DNA of 64,000 nt. Source: Octopus vulgaris. Lineage: Eukaryota. The stretch spans positions 15,810,001 through 15,874,000 of the forward strand of contig OX597841.1 of assembly GCA_951406725.2 (NCBI GenBank), read 5' to 3'. The notes beneath the pieces are model-generated. The model worked only from the letters and a program-made list of their open reading frames with translations, was not told the origin of the DNA and ran no database searches. Both the position numbers and the translations under genes were made by a program. Shown here piece after piece: positions 55,601 to 64,000 of this stretch; position 1 is the first letter of the stretch; every line of letters begins with the position of its first letter.

Positions 55601-55811
55601 TGGATAGCGAGAGACAGCGATAGCTAGATCCTCAAATCTAGATCAACATTACGAGGACCGAGGGTTACATACTTTTAACGCATTCATCAAACGTTGGATA
55701 ACGTATTTTCGCCACGAAACCATTCACCCAAATGTCACACACGTAGTAACGCGGCTCTCTCTCAGGCTATCTAACCCTTATGTTTATGTGTGTATGTGTG
55801 TGTGTGTGTGT

Positions 55812-56060
55812 GTGGAGGTGCGTGGCTTAGTAGTTAGGGTGTCAGCCTCGTGATCGTAATATTGTGATTTCGATTCCTGGACCGGGCGATGCGTTGTGTT
55901 CTTGAGCAAAACACTTCATTTCACGTTGCTCCAGTCCACTCAGCTGGCAAAAATGAGTAACGCTGCGATGGACTGGCATCCCATCCAGCTGGGGAACACA
56001 TACGCCATTGAAACCGGGAAACCGGGCCTATGAGCCTGGCTAGGCTTTAAAAGGGCGCAT
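55812..56060 (+). mobile_element. SINE family C (V-domain-like)
   Basis: tRNA-like head TGGCTTAGTAGTTAGG...TTCGATTCC; CTGCGATGGACTGGCATCCCATCCAG. Confidence 0.88.
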
Positions 56061-56556
56061 ATACACGGTTGTTATTATGTTAAACTGTCGTATGTTCAAA
56101 TTTGGCCAAATGCGTTTTTTTTCTTCAATATTTAATTTTGCTTGCAATTGTCGGTTCTTTTGGTCAAACTATCGTATCTCCACCTGCTTCAGATGCCGAG
56201 ATATCAAAAATTGCCAAAGTCTTGTACAACGATTGGATCTTCGTGGTTTTCTTGAAAGTCTACAATTTTCTTCCAACTGTCTTCAAATCCCTAATTAAAA
56301 AGTTATTAGCCTTTAAAATTTGCAAAATTTGGTTATTTTTGCCAATCAGAAGCGAGTATTTTACATATCACCATAGCGAAAGTTTCTATTTCTATAATAA
56401 CCAAAACAAAGAAGTACCACGTGTTGCCTAGATGATTGGGAAGAACTGTTTCCATAGTAACCAAAGATGCTGTACATGCGCACAAGGAGGAGAAGGAGAT
56501 ACGAGAAAAATAATTAATCTTATGAAAACTTAATTTGGTGTTTTGACATGCCACCC

Positions 56557-56676
<120 letters not shown>

Positions 56677-57357
56677 ATAAATTAATAAATAAATAAAACA
56701 CATGCATATATACATACATATATGTACCTACCTACCTCTACATGTATATATACATGCATATATGGGTACAGGACACCAAAAAAACGTCGAACACAATGAG
56801 AAACGAAAACATAAACACAAAACCAAGGAACTGGACATTTTTCTTAAACAACGAAAAAATAGAGTACAGGACAAATAACACAAGGAAAATTCCCCTTCTT
56901 CAGTCGCCATGGTTTCATCTACTCTGCGTTTCGAAGGTCAAGGCAATACATGACTTTAATGAAACTTTCCTTCCCGCGAAAATCAAATTAAATAAAATTT
57001 GAGATTTTTTTGCGGAGGGGTAAAAATGGTAACAAAAACAGGACAGTAACGACAGTACAAAATATAAACAGTAAAGGACAGGACACGAAGAATAACAGTA
57101 ACACAAACAAGAAGGGCTGTTAAGCCAAACGAGATAATTTCTTTTTTTATATACGACGGGCTTCTTTCAGTTTCCGTCTAGCAATTCCACTTTCTGCGTG
57201 TATGTATTTCGCTTTTTTAATTGGTTTGCAAGATTCTTTATATGAATTCGTGTGTTGAAGCATATTTTATTGTATCTGGAAAGTGTAATTTTGTTTTAGT
57301 GACCTATTAATTAACACACTCACCGGTTCAATTTCCATTCATTTATTTTTGTTTTTT

Positions 57358-57395
57358 CTAAAATTTTTCGTTGCTTCTTGCAATCTTTTCAATAG
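57358..57395 (-). ncRNA. Minimal hammerhead-like motif, U3-A8 core variant
   Basis: Minus strand: CTA-TTGAAAA-GaTTGC-aagaa-GCAAC-GAAAaattt-TAG. Confidence 0.45.
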
Positions 57396-58164
57396 TTGTT
57401 GACACACACAAAAAATAATTCAAGCGTAGCATACACACATACATATAAACATACATACTTAAACATACACTAATACACACACACACAGGGGCAGGCTTGT
57501 CGGTTTAAGAATCGAAATAAGTGTGCCCAATGTATGAATTCTTTTGTTGCCTAAAGGGCCGCATTGAGCTAGAAGCTGTGACCTTTTATGTTCTGGTTTG
57601 ATCCGAAGGAAGTAGATTTATGCACGGCCCTCGTAGACTGCCAGAGGCTGGCAAAGCCGACGACGCGGTTTCTGTTCCTCTTGTCTCAGTTTGAAGATGG
57701 CAGCTGCTGGATGAGAAAAAGAAAAAGGAGTGGGTAGGGAATGATAGGGTCTACGTTTAGGGGCAGGGGCGTGAGTCCTAATTTTGTAGGGCGTCGACTG
57801 AGAGAGTGTGAGGGTATAAAGAAAAGGAAGGGGGTTTCGAGTGGGAAAAGGGAGCAAGAGAATCCAGAACATATAATAGAATATCAGTGTATGTATGTAT
57901 GTATGTATGTATGTATGTATGTATTTATGTGTGTATGTATGTATGTATGTATGTATGTGTGTGTGTATGTATGTATTTATGTGTGTATATATATATGTGA
58001 AATGTGAAACGACAAATTATAAAAACAAAATGCATCTGCACCTACGATGCACCGCAACTGTCTCTGCAACAACTCATCTGCAAGGCACCGGTGCATGGTG
58101 GGTAGAAACGATCGTAGTGGTTGTGAATAAAGAGTCTTGTGGATTCCGTTTTATTTCTCTCATA

Positions 58165-58553
58165 TCTCTCTCTATGTAAAGCTGAAGCTGTCTGTGTGTG
58201 GCAGGTTTGGTAACCTTCAACCCACACTATCTCTTCCGAGACCCTGCGGCGCAAGTTGACTAAAATTGAGAGTATGATAGAAGGCTTGCTCTTCCTTCCC
58301 TAGAAGAAAAAATTCAAATCGGACCATGTTAACACCAAAAATTATTTACATCAAAAAGGTGCTTTTTTTCTATGAAAATTCCTATTTTTGACGATTTTCT
58401 GACTGCTGTGTCACCATTTTTCGGTGTATTTCAACCAGAAAAATGTTCACTTAAAGAGAATAACAAGCTACATAATGCAGGATTTTTACTTTTCAAAAAT
58501 TCCAATTCTAAAGGGTAGAAAGAAACCCGAGCAAAGCTGGGTGATACTGCTAG
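58165..58553 (+). mobile_element. Non-autonomous Helitron
   Basis: A|TCTCTCTCTATGTAAA start; ACCCGAGCAAAGCTGGGT hairpin; GATACTGCTAG|T end shared with 14862-15254. Confidence 0.82.
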
Positions 58554-58723
58554 TCTTTTATAAATTCTACGGACGCGAAAGAAGTCCTGAAGTAAATCTA
58601 GCAGACTATTCATGCGTCCTGTTGTTGACATCAAGTAACCGAATACTGTGCCTTAGGCAGCATACTACAAAGTGTATACTACAAATAATGTAAAATTATT
58701 ACTTGTGTATATATGTATGTAGA

Positions 58724-58883
58724 CACAGGAGTGACTGTGTGGTATGCAGCTTGCTTACCAACCGCATGGCTCCGGGTTCAGTCACACTGCGTGGCTCCTC
58801 AGGAGAGTGTCTTCAACTATAGCCTCGGGCCGACCAAAGCCTTGTGAGTGGATTTGGTTAACGGAAACTGAAAGAAGCCCGTC

Positions 58884-58940
<57 letters not shown>

Positions 58941-59147
58941 TAAGTTTGTGCGTCTGTGTTTTCCCCATACACACACACAACATCGCTTGACAACCGATGC
59001 TGGTGTGTTTACGTGCCAGTAACTCAGCGGTTCGGCAAACAGACCGATCGAATAAGTACTAGGCTTACAAAGAATATGTTCTGGGGCCGATTGCTCGACT
59101 AAAGGCATTGCTCCATCATGGCCAGAGTCAAATGAGTGAAACAAAAG
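58724..59147 (+). mobile_element. SINE family A, diverged full length
   Basis: Colinear with 31387-31809. Confidence 0.88.
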
Positions 59148-59700
59148 TGTATATATATACATATATATATAGGGATTATGAGAGGTAATGGTATGAGTTA
59201 GACCCAAAGGTGTCAGGTAATGCTGAGTAACCGCTATGGATAGCCCATAGTTAAGCTCCAGGTTCGGTGAATATGCGAATAAGGAGTCCAACATAGGTCA
59301 TATAAAAAATATCCTGGAAACAGCTGTAAGACCTTCTATTTATAAATGTTCTAAAATCTTCACAACCTTGGTTTTTTTTATCCCATTCTGAAAAAACAAT
59401 TATGTATACATATCTATATATATAAAGGAATACCAAAAATGGGACAAGAACGCAAAACATCCAGACAGATGATGTTTTCTTTCTTCAGTCGAGTGCCAGA
59501 TTATCTTGGTAATTTCAGCTGGTTATACTCGAGATTGCTCCAATCTGGCCAGCCCCAAGGAAAAGCTAAGCTAAGAGCACTAGATTCTTTGGAAGAAAGC
59601 AGTAAATGTATACGAAAACAAGGACAGAAAAAACGGAGAAATGGTACAGAAATACAAATGCAATCCTTTTTATAAAAATATAGCGGCGCACGTACACTTT

Positions 59701-59763
<63 letters not shown>

Positions 59764-59765
59764 CT

Positions 59766-59956
<191 letters not shown>

Positions 59957-59958
59957 CC

Positions 59959-60358
59959 GTGGAGGCGCAATGGCCCAGTGGTTAGGGCAGCGGACTCGGT
60001 TGTAGGATCGTGGGGTTTCGATCCTCAGACCAAGCGTTGTGAGTATATATTGAGCGAAAACACCTAAAGCTCCACGAGGATCCGGCAGGGGATGGTGGTG
60101 ATTCCTGCTGTACTCTTTCACCACAACTTTCTCTCACTCTTACTTCCTGTTTCTGTTGTACTTGTATTTCAAAGGGTCGGCCTTGTCACTCTCTGTGTCA
60201 CGCTGAATATCCCCGAGAACTACGTTAAGGGTACACGTGTCTGTGGAGTGCTCAGCCACTTACACGTTAATTTCGCGAGCAGGCTGTTCCGTTGATTCGG
60301 ATCAACCGGAACCCTCGTCGTCGTAACGGACGGAGTGCTTCCATTCCATTCCATTCCA
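59959..60358 (+). mobile_element. SINE family B
   Basis: Near identical to 28329-28716; (CCATT)n tail. Confidence 0.92.
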
Positions 60359-60744
60359 TATATATAATTGTTAAAGTTAATCCAAACATGAAAACACAAA
60401 AAAACACAACAACGCGAGGACGTGGAACAAATATAGTATTATTGGACGCTCAGGAAAGAAGGAAAGAATGAGGGTTTAACGTTTCGAGCGGAGCTATATA
60501 TATATATGTATAATTCCGATTTTTGGCAATTTTCCGAAATCTCGTATTTTAAAAACGTGAGTTTTTGGAAAAAAAATTGGCAAAAAAAATTTGGCAAAAA
60601 AAAAAATGGTGGGGGGCGAAGAAGTCTTTCTGTCCGGGTGCTTCAGACTGAAGGGACACTAACATATCGAAACACCGGTGTGTGAGAATCCTTTACTCCA
60701 ATTATACCGAATGTCTACATGGGGAGAAATGTGAGTGGCACAGT

Positions 60745-60900
60745 GTTTGCAATGACAGCGTCACAGGTCTGTCATCACGGTAACACAGTCTGTTACGTCA
60801 GCATAAGAACGCTGACACGGAAGCATTCTTATGTCAACATAAAATCAAAAGAAAGAAAAAAAAAAGTCTGTCATCATTGCTTCGTTTGGTATGTCAAACT
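60745..60900. promoter_or_regulatory. Candidate enhancer: homotypic TGACA cluster
   Basis: TGACA/TGTCA at 60753, 60770, 60813, 60832, 60869 and 60892. Confidence 0.4.
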
Positions 60901-60971
60901 GATACGACGTACGCGTGTGTTACTGCGCGTGCGTGCGTACGTGCGTGTGTGCGTGCGTGCATGTGTGCTGC

Positions 60972-61002
<31 letters not shown>

Positions 61003-61207
61003 TGTGTGTGTGTGTGTGTGTTCATATGTATGAATGACTGATAGATAGAGTCTTGTGAGTATGTTTATGAGTCTGTTAACGTCTATCGATCGATCGATCT
61101 ATTTATCTGCCTGTCTTCTCTCTGCTTACTTATCTATCTACCTATCTATCTATCGATCTATCGATCTACATCTCTCTCTTCCTCTCTGTCTTTGTCTCTC
61201 TTTCTCA

Positions 61208-61255
<48 letters not shown>

Positions 61256-61369
61256 GTATATCTATCTATCTATATATCTATCGATCGATTGATCGATCTA
61301 CATCTCTCTCTTTCTCTCTCTCTCTCTCTCTATCTATCTATATATATATATCTGTCTAACGATCTATCC

Positions 61370-61417
<48 letters not shown>

Positions 61418-61564
61418 CTCTATCTATCAATCGATCGATCGATCTATCTATCTATCTATCTATCTCTCTATCTATCCATCTATCTATCTATATATATATC
61501 CGTCTATCGATATATCTATTTATCTAGATGTCCCTCTTTTTCAATATATCTATTTATCTATCTA

Positions 61565-61616
<52 letters not shown>

Positions 61617-62218
61617 CCTTTATAGCCCTCTAGCTAACTATCTCTCTATCTACCTTTCTCTCCACACCAATGTCTCCCCCACCCCGCCGCCTTTATTACC
61701 ACATGTTTCAACGAACGAACTCCCCCTTATGTAACTCAAACTCAATGACGTAAACCCATCGTTTACCCACCCACCCCGGACACACCACTCCACTCCACCC
61801 CACCGCACCCCCATACCCACCGCACCCCCACCCCCACCCACTACCGCCCTTATCTAGATTTTTGAGGAAATGATATTAATTTGCCTAGAATGGGGTCAGG
61901 TTAGGTGGAAGAGAACGGAGAAGTCTATCGGGGACATAAGAAGCAGGTAAATAGATTAGATTGAATTCAGGCAAGAGTAAACTACCGCAACAGAGGCTTA
62001 AACTAAAAGCAACGGCCACGATGTGGCGAATAAGATGGCCGACAGGGATGAGAAGGAGCGAGAGAGAAAACTGGGGTTGTATGTTTATCTGTTTATCTAT
62101 ATATCTGCCTGTGGATCTGTGTGACTGTCATTCCGTCTATTTGCCTAATTATCTGTCTGTCGATCAATTTATCTGTATCCAGCTCTCTGTTCGTCTGTAT
62201 GCATGATTGTCACCTTGT

Positions 62219-62352
<134 letters not shown>

Positions 62353-62390
62353 CTCTATCTATCTACCTATCTATCTATCTATCTACCTAC

Positions 62391-62436
<46 letters not shown>

Positions 62437-62574
62437 CTCTGTCTGTCTATCTCTCTCTCTGTCTATCTCTCTATCTACACACACACACACATATAAATAC
62501 ACACACACATACATATAACAATGTTTCTATTTTCATGCACCAATTCATTTTGTATGTATTTGTACATGTATACG

Positions 62575-62657
<83 letters not shown>

Positions 62658-62669
62658 CTAACTAACTAA

Positions 62670-62715
<46 letters not shown>

Positions 62716-62749
62716 CATACATACATACATACATTTTCCTTCCGGTCAT

Positions 62750-62962
62750 TCAAAATGTGACCGCGTGTGTACCGTTGGCGATTTTTTTTCCTCTGTCTTC
62801 CCTTCTCTGGATCTTTCCTTCTCCTATGATTCCGACGAAGAGCTCCGCTCGAAACGTTAAACCCTCCTTCTTCCCTTCTTTTCTGAGCGTCCAATAATAC
62901 TATATATGTTCCACGTCCTCGCGTTGTTGTGTTTTTTTGTGCTTTCTTGTTTGGATTAACTT
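62750..62962 (+). mobile_element. PLE-like repeat with CCGACGA hammerhead variant (62828-62862)
   Basis: Near-identical to 36410-36625. Confidence 0.65.
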
Positions 62963-62994
62963 TACATACATACATACATACATATATACATACA

Positions 62995-63028
<34 letters not shown>

Positions 63029-63074
63029 CATACATACATATATACATACATACATACATACATACATACATACA

Positions 63075-63108
<34 letters not shown>

Positions 63109-63226
63109 CATACATACATACATACATACATACATACATACATACATACATACATACATACATACATACATACACATATACATACATACATACATACATA
63201 CATACATACATACATACATACATACA

Positions 63227-63260
<34 letters not shown>

Positions 63261-63409
63261 CATATACGTGGTTTCAGCGATTAATTCAATGTCATTGGCG
63301 AATCCCAGGATGTAGTCGTTCGCCATTGATGTTCACGCCATCTGTCCAGTCAACATCCTTTATGAGCATTTCCGGAGATGCGGTGTAGCGGCCCAGACAA
63401 GAGCTAAAC

Positions 63410-63540
63410 CATGCCATACATGCCAGACACTCCCATAGCAACGTCCTACTTGCGCTCTTATGTGCAAGTGAGACTTGGGCTTCTACAAATCAGGAAGAAC
63501 ATCAATCGGCCACGATGCTAAACGCCATGGAAAGATCCAA
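63410..63540 (+). mobile_element. RTE-clade LINE relic
   Basis: NVLLALLCASETWASTNQEEHQSATMLNAMERS resembles the VLPxLxYxxETW...RAMER motif. Confidence 0.6.
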
Positions 63541-63557
63541 TGATACAAAGCACGCGG

Positions 63558-64000
63558 AATTCTGTTCTTGATTCGACGGTCATTCGGAATGCTCACAGCA
63601 GCGATATTCCTACCGCTCTATGTCACGCTGGTGAAACCCATATTGGAGTACGGTATTCAAGCCTCTTCTCCTTATCTCGTCAAAGACATACAGCATCTCG
63701 AAATAGTCTAGAAGCTGGCTACCCGCATGGTTCTTGGTCTCAAGCATTTGTCTTATGAAGAAAGGCTGACGACGCTCGACCTTTATTCTCTAGAAAAACA
63801 ACGATGCCGTGGTGATCTCATTCTCGCCCACAACATCATAAGCGGAAAGTGTAACCTCTCGAAAGAGCTGTTCTTCACTCCTGCTCCAGAGCGTCAGCTG
63901 CTGGGTCACTCCGAAAAGCTCTATCTGCGACGATTTCATCTCAATCGAAGGAGAGGGGCTTTCTCCGTCCGGGTTTGCGGATCCGTGGAATAAGCTGCCC
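63558..64000 (+). mobile_element. CR1-type LINE fragment (family 1), runs off the window
   Basis: Colinear with 40138-40580: LSYEERLTTLDLYSLEKQRCRGDLILAHNII. Confidence 0.92.

Overview
This is repeat-saturated, AT-rich eukaryotic non-coding DNA. The SINE families and the extreme microsatellite load point to an octopus/coleoid cephalopod genome; that is an inference and was not checked against a database. I find no intact host protein-coding gene: the ORF track is almost all microsatellite translation, plus decayed retrotransposon and transposase relics. Contents: (i) four tRNA-derived SINE families; (ii) fragments of CR1-type, RTE, R4/Dong, CRE-type and Penelope-like retroelements; (iii) a maT/DD37D transposase relic, two non-autonomous Helitrons, hAT MITEs and a GG-terminal MITE with an 8-bp TSD and internal TTAGGG repeats; (iv) long (GGT)n, (GAT)n, (TAC)n, (TATG)n, (CTAT)n, (TA)n and (GA)n tracts; (v) short unique GC/CpG-rich islands with clustered TF-like motifs, consistent with a large intron or regulatory desert. 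The most notable unexplained structure is about ten minimal type-I hammerhead-ribozyme motifs from several repeat families. They include atypical cores (UUGAAAA with a compensatory U3-A8 pair, CCGACGA, CUGUUGA), one motif fused behind a tRNA-like Pol III head, and one inside a fold-back. Also notable is a precise 184-bp head-to-tail SINE multimer with a shared 45-bp cap at two loci. All folds and motifs were read by eye and none is shown to be active.
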